From assembly GCA_018260615.1 (NCBI GenBank), contig JAGWDQ010000148.1, positions 1 through 16,617 of the forward strand: a stretch of DNA of 16,617 bases. The letters run 5' to 3'. This document shows, in pieces, positions 8,941-16,617 of this stretch (within the stretch, counting starts at the first letter, position 1; the number at the start of each line of letters is the position of its first letter). Origin of the DNA: Candidatus Altarchaeum sp. (GTDB lineage Archaea; Altiarchaeota; Altiarchaeia; Altiarchaeales; Altiarchaeaceae). The notes beneath the pieces were generated by a model. It saw nothing but the letters and a program-made list of their open reading frames with translations. It was not told the origin of the DNA and ran no database searches. Made by a program: the position numbers and the translations under genes.

Positions 8941-9223
8941 TTTGACTTTAAATATTATGGTACTTGGAGTTGGTATTGTAGAACAACTCAAGGAACAAGA
9001 TTTTGTACTGGTTGAGAAATTAATGGTGGAATTCCTTGAAAAAAATAAGAAGCGAACACCTGAAATGTTTTTAAATTCATTAACATTTCTTTATTCTTGC
9101 GGTATGATTGAGAAAAAAGGATACAAAGTAAAATTAACTCCGCGAAAGGAGGTGCAAATGAAACTAAATGTTAAAAACGAAAAATGTTGGTCAGATTATT
9201 TTCAGAAACAGATTTATTATTAA
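8915..9223 (+). CDS. lmuC: ABC-three-component middle component (LmuC-like)
   Basis: Small protein MILPHPESDL...FLNSLTFLYSCGMIE, overlapping both neighbours, in the middle-component position. Confidence 0.68.
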   Translation: MILPHPESDLTLNIMVLGVGIVEQLKEQDFVLVEKLMVEFLEKNKKRTPEMFLNSLTFLYSCGMIEKKGYKVKLTPRKEVQMKLNVKNEKCWSDYFQKQIYY

Positions 9224-10971
9224 AGCCATTCAAGTTTGAAGCAGGCATTAATATTATTTTGGGCAAATACTCAGAGGATAAAGATAAAAGAGGAATAAAT
9301 GGAATAGGAAAATCATCACTGGTTAGATTAATCAATTATGCTTTGTTATCTGACACTGCGGAAAAGATATTCTCACAAGAGAAATACAATTTTTTACGAA
9401 CGGAAAAACATAATATTGTTTTGGAATTAAAAATAGAAAGCAAGACACTTTTTATTAAGAGATATTTTGTGACAGCCGATAAGGTTTATTTTGGAAATAC
9501 ACTCAATGAGCTTGAAGAATACACAAAAACAGAATTAAAAAAAATACTAATCAACAAATTATTTCCGATTCAAAGCAATGATGTTTTTTTTGAAGGCAAT
9601 AAATTCGGTACGCTGATGAGCTTCTTTATTAAAGACGATTTAGAAAATCAAAAGAGAGCCGACCCCCTATATTTCTTGACATATAATAATGCAAATGCCA
9701 GAGATATTGCCATTTATAATTTTTTTCTTCTAAATCTGCCAACAAAAAATCTTATTGGTTATAATGAATTAGCAAAAGAATATGCCAATCACAATAAAGC
9801 AATAAAAGTGCTTCAAGATAAAATTGAAGCAGATACGGGTAAACCCCTGGAAGAATTTAGAAGTGAGCGAATAAAAATAGAGCAGTCCATTTCTTTGCTT
9901 GAAAAAAGTTTAAAGGACTTTAAGTTTTTGGATAATTATAAAAATGTAGAATCTCAATTAATTGAAATCACTTCTCAAATAAATGAGAAGTTAAAAGATT
10001 TTCATTCGTTAAATCAAAAATTAAAAAAAGTTAAAGATGCTTTTCAATATACTCCGGATATAGATACAAATCACTTAAGAAAATTATACAATGAGGTTGT
10101 TTCAACATTTGGAGATATAGTCTCCAAAACACTAGATGAAATTATAGCGTTTAAAAAAGAAATTTTAGAAAACAGAAACAAGTTTTTAGTTTCCAGAGAA
10201 AATCAACTTCAAAAAGCCATAAATCAGGTATCAGATGAAATTTCTAAAATTGAAAAAAAAAGAAGTGAACTTTATAAAAAACTTGAAGAAAAAGGAGCAT
10301 TATCAGGCATTACAAATACCTATGAGCAGTTAACAATTGAAAAAACTAAATTGGCAGGCAATCTGGGAATATTAAAACAGATTGATGAAATTCAGGAAAT
10401 ACTCGGAAATTTGAATGTAAAAATAAGCGAAATCAAAAGGGATATTCTATATGAATTAAAAAATAATCAAAAATCCATCAATGACTTAAGGGGTATTTTT
10501 CAGGAAATTTTAGAAAATGCAATTTTCTTAGACAATGATAATCTAAAGGGTTATTTTGATATTTCGTCAAGAAATAACTCGAAAAGAGATCAGTTGCCAT
10601 TTAAAATTTATGTTGAGATACCAAAAGCAGATGCATTAGGACAATCACGTTTAAAAATTGTCGCGTATGATTTAATGGTATTTCTTAATAATATTAAAGC
10701 AAGCAGAAAGTTTCCTGATTTTATTGTTCATGATGGAGTTTATCATGGCATTTCACTAAACACAAAAATAAAAGCTCTGAATTATATTTACCATCAATAC
10801 CTTGCTAATCCTAATTTTCAATACATCGTAACATTTAATGAAGATGAAATTTATATTCCTAAAGAAAAACAATTATCAGTTGGTAAATTTGACTTTGATA
10901 TAAATGAACAGATCATTGCTGAATTTACAGATTCACCTTCTAAAATGATTTTTAAAAGAGATTTTAAATAG
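9184..10971 (+). CDS. lmuB: SMC/Rad50-like ABC ATPase with DUF2326-type C-terminus (LmuB-like)
   Basis: N-terminal FEAGINIILG, Walker A NGIGKSS, long coiled coil, degenerate signature LGQSRLKIVAYDL, Walker B FIVHDGVYHG, QYIVT; 595 aa with no CxxC hook. Confidence 0.85.
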   Translation: MLVRLFSETDLLLKPFKFEAGINIILGKYSEDKDKRGINGIGKSSLVRLINYALLSDTAEKIFSQEKYNFLRTEKHNIVLELKIESKTLFIKRYFVTADKVYFGNTLNELEEYTKTELKKILINKLFPIQSNDVFFEGNKFGTLMSFFIKDDLENQKRADPLYFLTYNNANARDIAIYNFFLLNLPTKNLIGYNELAKEYANHNKAIKVLQDKIEADTGKPLEEFRSERIKIEQSISLLEKSLKDFKFLDNYKNVESQLIEITSQINEKLKDFHSLNQKLKKVKDAFQYTPDIDTNHLRKLYNEVVSTFGDIVSKTLDEIIAFKKEILENRNKFLVSRENQLQKAINQVSDEISKIEKKRSELYKKLEEKGALSGITNTYEQLTIEKTKLAGNLGILKQIDEIQEILGNLNVKISEIKRDILYELKNNQKSINDLRGIFQEILENAIFLDNDNLKGYFDISSRNNSKRDQLPFKIYVEIPKADALGQSRLKIVAYDLMVFLNNIKASRKFPDFIVHDGVYHGISLNTKIKALNYIYHQYLANPNFQYIVTFNEDEIYIPKEKQLSVGKFDFDINEQIIAEFTDSPSKMIFKRDFK

Positions 10972-10974
10972 AAT

Positions 10975-11142
10975 TTACATTGGAATATTAACGTATTCCA
11001 GAAATTTTTCAGTCCATTCGTCACCAAATTTTTTATGATATTCAAAAAAGTCAGGACTCGCTATTTTCAAAACGAAGTTTTGAAAATCTCCGAGCGGTAG
11101 CGAGGTGATCTTGTTTCTCTCTGTTTTTTGCATTATTCGCAT
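10975..11142 (-). pseudogene. Truncated second 5' copy of the m5C methyltransferase (55 codons) containing an in-frame repeat module
   Basis: Hand translation: MRIMQKTERNKITSLPLGDFQNFVLKIASPDFFEYHKKFGDEWTEKFLEYVNIPM*, versus MRIMQKPNTTDITNTKVAKNLASPDFFEYHKKFGDEWTEKFLEYVDIPLRK for 7890-6973. Confidence 0.88.
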
Positions 11143-11266
11143 CTTTAAATTTTATTCTTTTAAATTTTACTTTATTTTTTGTTTTATTGTTTGATATTCC
11201 TAATTTTTACGGATTAAAATACAAACGAATAAATTAAATATAAATCAATATAAATGCGATTAAAAT
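10982..11266 (+). repeat. Direct repeat B: second copy of methyltransferase 5' end and promoter, ending at the pckG start codon
   Basis: See repeat A; also carries an inverted repeat module at 11063-11108 (ATTTTCAAAAC-gaa-GTTTTGAAAAT then ctccgagcggtagcgaggtga). Confidence 0.93.
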
Positions 11267-13070
11267 GGAAAATCTGAATAAAATTACAAACAAGTATATT
11301 AACAATTATATTAAAAACAAGTATGTCCTGGAATTTGTAAATAAATCGGCAGAACTCTGTGAGCCGGATAAAATTTACTTCTGTAACGGTTCGGAAGAAG
11401 AAAAAAAATTTCTTACCGGCGAGGCAATTAAAACAGGAGAATTGATTGAATTAAAACAGGAAAAATTTCCCGGATGCGTATTGCACAGGACTGCTATAAA
11501 TGATGTTGCAAGAACCGAGCATTTGACTTATATCTGCACGACAAAAAAAGAAGATGCAGGTCCCACAAACAACTGGATGGCACCCAAAGATGCTTATGAA
11601 GAATTGGGAGAGTATTTCAGGGATTCAATGAAGGGAAGAACGATGTATGTCATTCCGTTCATGATGGGTGTTCCAGGTTCAAAAATGAACAAAATAGGTG
11701 TGGAAATTACAGATAGTATCTATGTTGTTTTAAATATGAGAATAATGACACATATCGGAAGAATTGTAGCAGATGATATTATAGGAGATAACTTTACCAA
11801 AGGGCTTCACTCAAAAGGCGATATCAGTTTGGAAAAACGAAGAATCTGCCATTTTCCCGAGGATAATACTATATGGAGCATAAATTCCGGTTACGGCGGG
11901 AATGTTTTATTGGGTAAAAAATGCCTTGCCCTTCGTATCGCAAGTTATCTTGGCAGAAAGGAAGGATGGCTGGCAGAGCATATGCTTTTAATGGAGATAC
12001 AAACGCCCGACGGAAAAATTTTTTATGTTGCAGGAGCATTTCCAAGTTCGTGCGGAAAAACAAACCTCTCTATGTTGATTCCTCCGGAGTCACTTCCGGG
12101 TTACAAAGTAAGAGTACTCGGAGATGATATTGCGTGGATGTATATTGGCGATGATGGCCGACTATGGGCAATTAATCCCGAAGCGGGATTTTTCGGAGTT
12201 GTTCCCGGGACAAACATGAAAACAAATAAGAATGCGATGTTAACAATTCAAAAAAATACCATATTTACAAATGTTCTTTTAAAAGAGGATAAGACCGTCT
12301 GGTGGGAAGGAATGGAAAACCCGCCGGATAAAGGAATTGACTGGAAAGGTGATGCATGGACAAAGGAATCAAAAGAACCGGGAACACATCCGAACAGCAG
12401 ATTTACCACACCAACATCACAGTGTCCCGCATTATCTTCGGAATTTTCAAATCCGAAAGGAGTGCCGGTTTCAGCAGTCCTTTTTGGCGGAAGAAGAGGA
12501 AATGTTGTTCCTCTTGTTTACGAATCATTTAACTGGAAGCACGGAGTTTTTATAGGTGCAACATTGAGGTCAGAGACGACAGCGGCAGCAATGGGACTTG
12601 GAAAGATTGTAAGAAATGACCCTATGGCAATGATTCCGTTCTGCGGATACAATATGGGAGATTATTTTGCCCACTGGTTAGACCTTGGAAAACGGATGAA
12701 ATTTCCCCCGAAAATATTCTTCGTTAACTGGTTCAGGAAAAACAGGGAAGGAAAATTTTTATGGCCTGGATACGGTGAAAATTTAAGGGTTATTGAATGG
12801 ATTATAAAGCAATGTGATTCCGATAACAATAACAAAGAAAAAGAAGCAGTTGAAACACCTGTCGGATATGTTCCGGAGATTGATGCAATAAATACGAAAG
12901 GGATAGAAATAAGCAAACAAGACATAAAAGAATTGTTAAGCATTGATAAAAATGAATGGCTTGAAGAGGCGGATGAAGTAGAGAAATTTTTCAGTAAATT
13001 TGACAGGATGCCAAAGGAATTAACAAAGGAATTAAACGATTTGCGGGAACGACTAAAAAATTCGAAATGA
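11265..13070 (+). CDS. pckG: Phosphoenolpyruvate carboxykinase (GTP)
   Basis: DVARTE, MYVIPF, GYGGNVLLGKKCLALR, WLAEHM, FPSSCGKTN, GDDIAWM, NPEAGFFGV, HPNSRF, DPMAMIPFCGYN, VNWFRK, WPGYGEN. Confidence 0.97.
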   Translation: MENLNKITNKYINNYIKNKYVLEFVNKSAELCEPDKIYFCNGSEEEKKFLTGEAIKTGELIELKQEKFPGCVLHRTAINDVARTEHLTYICTTKKEDAGPTNNWMAPKDAYEELGEYFRDSMKGRTMYVIPFMMGVPGSKMNKIGVEITDSIYVVLNMRIMTHIGRIVADDIIGDNFTKGLHSKGDISLEKRRICHFPEDNTIWSINSGYGGNVLLGKKCLALRIASYLGRKEGWLAEHMLLMEIQTPDGKIFYVAGAFPSSCGKTNLSMLIPPESLPGYKVRVLGDDIAWMYIGDDGRLWAINPEAGFFGVVPGTNMKTNKNAMLTIQKNTIFTNVLLKEDKTVWWEGMENPPDKGIDWKGDAWTKESKEPGTHPNSRFTTPTSQCPALSSEFSNPKGVPVSAVLFGGRRGNVVPLVYESFNWKHGVFIGATLRSETTAAAMGLGKIVRNDPMAMIPFCGYNMGDYFAHWLDLGKRMKFPPKIFFVNWFRKNREGKFLWPGYGENLRVIEWIIKQCDSDNNNKEKEAVETPVGYVPEIDAINTKGIEISKQDIKELLSIDKNEWLEEADEVEKFFSKFDRMPKELTKELNDLRERLKNSK

Positions 13071-13420
13071 AAGTAGAAGAGTATTCATTCGGATGGATAA
13101 AAATTGAAGGTAAAGAATATACCCACGACTTGTGGATAATAAACGGAGAAATTTATAAAAGAGATAAAGGTCTTTCAAAGAGATTGTTTCAGACATCGCA
13201 CAGGATTCCTATGGAAGAATTAGAAAAAATTTTAAGAGAAAATACAAAAAGGGTCATAATTGGCACGGGAGAGGATGGATTGGTTTCCGTAGAGGAAAAT
13301 GGGGCAAAGTATCTGGAAGAAAAGGGAATAAAATTGGAGATGTATAAAACAGGAGAACTTGCAAAAATGAAATTGCAATTTGGAAAGGATGATTCGGGAA
13401 TTATACATCTGACATGTTAG
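13067..13420 (+). CDS. Mth938-like (DUF498/AAMDC) domain protein
   Basis: MKVEEYSFGWIKIEGKEYTHD, VIIGTGEDG, C-terminal HLTC; ATGA overlap with the pckG stop. Confidence 0.88.
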   Translation: MKVEEYSFGWIKIEGKEYTHDLWIINGEIYKRDKGLSKRLFQTSHRIPMEELEKILRENTKRVIIGTGEDGLVSVEENGAKYLEEKGIKLEMYKTGELAKMKLQFGKDDSGIIHLTC

Positions 13421-13490
13421 AATTTTGGGATTTTAAAATTTCTAATCTAAATAACATCACTTGTTTGGAGATTTTAGGACTTGTTTTAAA

Positions 13491-15656
13491 ATGGATATTG
13501 AAGGTTATTGCAGGCGTGAGTTAAAAAAAGGAATAAAGGAAAAAGAAATTTTGAGTGAAATTTCAGACCTGATTTTAAAGATAAAATTTAACTCCGACAA
13601 AAGTAAAAGCGATAAAGCAAAATTACTTGCAGAAGCGGTTTTGGAAGAAGTAAAGAAAACAAACAAAAAAATTGATAATAAATTTCTGAATGACCTGCTA
13701 AATTTTCCAAAGTCAAATGTCAGTATGGGAGAAATCGGGGTCGGAAGCCGGGGTAAAGGTGACTTCTTTGTTCATGAAAAAATCTGTGGAATTGCCTCAA
13801 ACAATATTAGCGGAAAATTTACAAATGTTATTGTCGGTGCAAAAGAACACGATGATGCAGGTATTGTAGATATAAGCGAAAATGTAGGAAAAAACGGAAA
13901 TTTTATTGTTGTTTCCGTAGACGGGACACACTCCCGTTTATCAGAATATCCTTTTATTGCCGGCTTTCATGTTGCAAGAGCATCATTAAGAGACATTTAT
14001 GTTAAAGGTGCAAAACCGGTCGCATTGCTTGATGACTTACATCTTGCAGATGACGGCGATGTCGGAAAACTTTTTGATTTTGTTGCAGGAATTTCTGCGG
14101 TCAGCGAACTGTCGGATGTTCCGTTGGTTGCCGGCTCAACATTAAGAATTGGCGGAGATATGGTTATCGGAGAGAGGATGGTTTCCTGTGTCGGTGCGGT
14201 TGGAATTATAAACGCTCCAAATTTAATTAAGGCGAGAAAAAATGTCCATGTCGGAGATAAAATTTTAATGACTAGTGGTGCAGGAGGCGGAACAATAGCG
14301 ACAACCGCAATTTATTCGGGAAATTTTGATGTTGTTCCTGAAACGCTCAATATTTCTTTCATAAAGGCGTGCAAAATTTTGCACGAGAAAAATTTACTGC
14401 ATAAGATTGATGCAATGCTTGATGTGACAAACGGAGGAATCAGAGGCGATGCTTATGAGGTTTTAAATTTATTAAACAAAAAAGACGAGGACGAAAAAAC
14501 GAAAATAATAAAAATTATTGAAATTTTAAGGACTGATTATAAGGAATTTTTTTACTCAGGCAAAGAACCATTTAGTGTATTAATTTCAACGCTCTTATCC
14601 CAAAGAACAAAAGATGCTAAAACAAAGCAGGCAGGTGAAAATTTATTTAAATTTATTTCAAAGCCGGAAGATGTTTTAAAGTGTGATTTAAGAGAAATAG
14701 AAAATGCGATAAAGAAGGTAAATTTTTATAAGACGAAGGCGAAACGAATTGTTGAAATTTCAAAAATTTTGATTGAGGAATATAATGGCAATGTTCCGGA
14801 TAATGAAGATGACCTGTTAAAATTAAGCGGCGTCGGAAGAAAAACGGCAAATTGTGTTTTGGCGTTTGCGTTTGACAGGCAGGCGATTCCTGTTGATACG
14901 CATGTTCATCGCATTTCAAATCGTATTGGAATGGTGAATACAAAAAATCCAAACGATACAGAGAATGACCTGAAAAAAATTTTACCTGAGGACTATTGGA
15001 AAACAATTAATTACCTGTTTGTTCAGCACGGACAAAAAATTTGTAAGCCGTTAAAGCCAAATTGCGAAAAATGTAAAATTAAGGAATATTGTAATTACTC
15101 ATTAACCGGAGCAGGCAAGAATGTCTCTCTAAAATTTTACGAACCAAAAATCAAAAATTTAATAAACAAAAAGGTCTATAGCATGCTTAAAAATTTAAAT
15201 ATTGATGAACTTGGCGTTTCTCTTGATTCGCTGATGCTTTTTGTTCCTCCTGAAAACTGCGGCGAAATTATCAAAAATTTAAGGGATGGCGGAATTGAAA
15301 TTGATGAAATCGGAGAGGTTATAGAAAGTAAGACAGAAGGAAAAATTTTGCTGACAGACAAAAATAATAATGAAAAAGCAGTTGAGCCGTTGTTTAGAGA
15401 GTCGGCATATACGAAGATTAAGAAGGTTGTCGGCGAGCAGACACCCGAGAAATTTGAGGAAATGAAGAAAAATGTGGATAATGCCTATCGGGATGCCTTA
15501 AAAAAGAAAGAGGAAATTTTAAAATTTATTGGGCTCGCACCTTTTTTTGAGTCATCCGCAGTAAAAAAAGTAACCTCACTTCGTTCGGATATTTCAAAAA
15601 CTTCGTTTTTGAAATTGCACCAAAAAAAGATAACCTCACTTCGTTCGGAGATTTAA
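13491..15656 (+). CDS. AIR-synthase-related (PurM/HypE-fold) protein with an in-frame nested endonuclease III domain
   Basis: Start at ATG 13491 (MDIEGY). AIRS-like motifs GVGSRGKGDF, DDAG, VSVDGTHSRLS, RDIYVKGAKP, GGDM, DVTNGGIRGD; after the Nth insert the host domain resumes (IDELGVSLDSLMLF...IGEV...FRESAYT). Confidence 0.85.
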   Translation: MDIEGYCRRELKKGIKEKEILSEISDLILKIKFNSDKSKSDKAKLLAEAVLEEVKKTNKKIDNKFLNDLLNFPKSNVSMGEIGVGSRGKGDFFVHEKICGIASNNISGKFTNVIVGAKEHDDAGIVDISENVGKNGNFIVVSVDGTHSRLSEYPFIAGFHVARASLRDIYVKGAKPVALLDDLHLADDGDVGKLFDFVAGISAVSELSDVPLVAGSTLRIGGDMVIGERMVSCVGAVGIINAPNLIKARKNVHVGDKILMTSGAGGGTIATTAIYSGNFDVVPETLNISFIKACKILHEKNLLHKIDAMLDVTNGGIRGDAYEVLNLLNKKDEDEKTKIIKIIEILRTDYKEFFYSGKEPFSVLISTLLSQRTKDAKTKQAGENLFKFISKPEDVLKCDLREIENAIKKVNFYKTKAKRIVEISKILIEEYNGNVPDNEDDLLKLSGVGRKTANCVLAFAFDRQAIPVDTHVHRISNRIGMVNTKNPNDTENDLKKILPEDYWKTINYLFVQHGQKICKPLKPNCEKCKIKEYCNYSLTGAGKNVSLKFYEPKIKNLINKKVYSMLKNLNIDELGVSLDSLMLFVPPENCGEIIKNLRDGGIEIDEIGEVIESKTEGKILLTDKNNNEKAVEPLFRESAYTKIKKVVGEQTPEKFEEMKKNVDNAYRDALKKKEEILKFIGLAPFFESSAVKKVTSLRSDISKTSFLKLHQKKITSLRSEI
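14490..15098 (+). other. nth: Endonuclease III (Nth) DNA glycosylase/AP lyase domain within the 13491-15656 CDS
   Basis: PFSVLISTLLSQRTKD, FYKTKAKRI, HhH motif LLKLSGVGRKTAN (catalytic Lys), VDTHV (catalytic Asp), 4Fe-4S motif CKPLKPNCEKCKIKEYC. Boundaries approximate. Confidence 0.93.
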
Positions 15657-15790
15657 AAATCACCTCGCTCTTGCTCGGAGATATTAAAATCCTTTGAGGA
15701 TTTTAATATCCTTTGAGGATTTTAAAATCACCTCGCTGACGCTCGGAGATATTCAAAAACTCCTTTTTGAATATGTAAAAATCTCCGATT
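15571..15790. repeat. Repeat-module cluster overlapping the 3' end of the AIRS/Nth gene
   Basis: taacctcacttcgttcgga at 15571 and 15631; cacctcgct..gctcggagat at 15661 and 15729; hairpin ATTTCAAAAAC-ttc-GTTTTTGAAAT (15591-15615). Confidence 0.88.
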
Positions 15791-15909
15791 TTGAAATTTT
15801 ATCCGGAAAAATTTTACAAAAAATACAAAAAACAAAACAACAATGAAAGATAAAGAGGGCAACTCTATAAATAAGTATAAAAAAAGAAACAGAAAATTTT
15901 AAAATTTAT

Positions 15910-15983
15910 TGCTCCTGCCGGGATTTGAACCCGAGTCGTCGGATCGAAAGTCCGATATCCTGGCCTGGCTAGACTACAGGAGC
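15910..15983 (-). tRNA. tRNA-Glu (anticodon TTC)
   Basis: Reverse complement GCTCCTG-TA-GTCT-AGCCAGGCCA-GGAT-A-TCGGA-CTTTCGA-TCCGA-CGAC-TCGGG-TTCAAAT-CCCGG-CAGGAGC-A folds as a cloverleaf; no CCA. Confidence 0.93.
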
Positions 15984-16100
15984 AAAATTTAAACTGAACA
16001 ATAAAATCTGCAAATAATTAGGTTTGGTTATATAAATTAAGATTAAAAATTTAGATATGAATTAAGAAAACAATAAAAAAATAATAAAATATTCACACAA

Positions 16101-16560
16101 TAACCTCGCTGTCACCTCATTTTTCAAACGAAGTTTGAAAAATCCACGAACGCAAGTGAGCGGACTCTGTTCGGAGATTTAAAAATTCTTTAAGAATTTT
16201 AAAATTGCTCGGATATTTACAAAATGCTTCGGCATTTTGTCACTTCACGTCGTTCGGAGATTTTTAAATATTCACTTCACTTCGTTCGGAGATTTTTAAA
16301 TATTCACTTCACTTCGTTCGGAGATTTTTAAATATTCACTTCACTTCGTTCGGAGATTTTTAAATCTCTGCGATTTAAAAATTGCGATTTTAAAAACAGA
16401 GTTTTTAAAATCTCCGAATGATAATGAGGTGATTTAAAAATAAGATTGAAAATCTTGTAGATTTTCAATATTTCAAAACCTTTGGGTTTTGAAAATACTG
16501 AAAACTATACTGAAAATCTGTAAGATTTTCAATCTTTAAAAATACTTGAAGTATTTTTAA
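16101..16560. repeat. Large repeat-module and hairpin cluster
   Basis: taacctcgctgtc (16101); hairpins TTTTCAAAC-gaa-GTTTGAAAA (16121-16141) and ACAAAATGC-ttcg-GCATTTTGT (16219-16240); many tcggagat cores; further AT hairpins to ~16560. Confidence 0.88.
16240..16365 (+). repeat. 32-bp tandem repeat, about 4 copies
   Basis: tcacttcacttcgttcggagatttttaaatat at 16240, 16272, 16304 and 16336 (last truncated; first has one substitution); no spacers. Confidence 0.95.
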
Positions 16561-16617
16561 ATCAGCCCATTCCAAAATTTCGTTACCGGCAAACTCTCTA
16601 AAAAATGATTTCGTGGA

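Larger units (their letters stand above)
7760..11061. mobile_element. Integrase-less defence islet (ABC-3C/Lamassu-like operon) bounded by direct repeats
   Basis: Three-gene non-housekeeping operon lies exactly between two copies of the same host locus; no recombinase or transposase gene in it. Confidence 0.7.

Noticed and set aside
14463-15098. Intein or intron explanation for the Nth insert
   Set aside because: No N-terminal Cys/Ser or C-terminal His-Asn splice motifs and no LAGLIDADG; the insert is a glycosylase, and the frame is continuous.
16240-16365. CRISPR array
   Set aside because: Repeats are CRISPR-sized but directly abut with no unique spacers, and there are no cas genes in the window.
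16465-16617. Open minus-strand frame entering from the window edge and running through repeats (STKSFFREFAGNEILEWADLKILQVF...)
   Set aside because: It could be a third repeat-derived tail, but only 19 non-repeat codons are visible, so a gene cannot be established.

Overview
AT-rich archaeal chromosome segment (S17e, archaeal-type tRNAs, Mth938-like gene). The low GC and gene style suggest Altiarchaeota, which is an unverified inference. Housekeeping content: nadE (partial), a membrane hypothetical, queC, a pRiA4b ORF-3 family gene, an antitoxin plus a deleted/frameshifted RelE toxin, glnK, an Amt ammonium transporter broken by one in-frame TGA, rps17e, tRNA-Arg(CCT), an RsmF/NOP2-type m5C methyltransferase, GTP-dependent PEPCK, an Mth938-like protein and tRNA-Glu(TTC). 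Three things stand out. (1) A three-gene ABC-three-component/Lamassu-like defence cassette (8029-10971) lies between two diverged direct copies of the methyltransferase 5' end plus its divergent promoter (68 bp identical core), with no integrase. (2) An apparently intact endonuclease III is nested in frame inside an AIR-synthase-like (PurM/HypE fold) protein. (3) A modular repeat family (ACCTCRCT..GYTCGGAKAT plus AT-rich hairpins) fills intergenic regions and has also been read into coding frames. All calls come from reading the sequence and recalled motifs; no searches were run.
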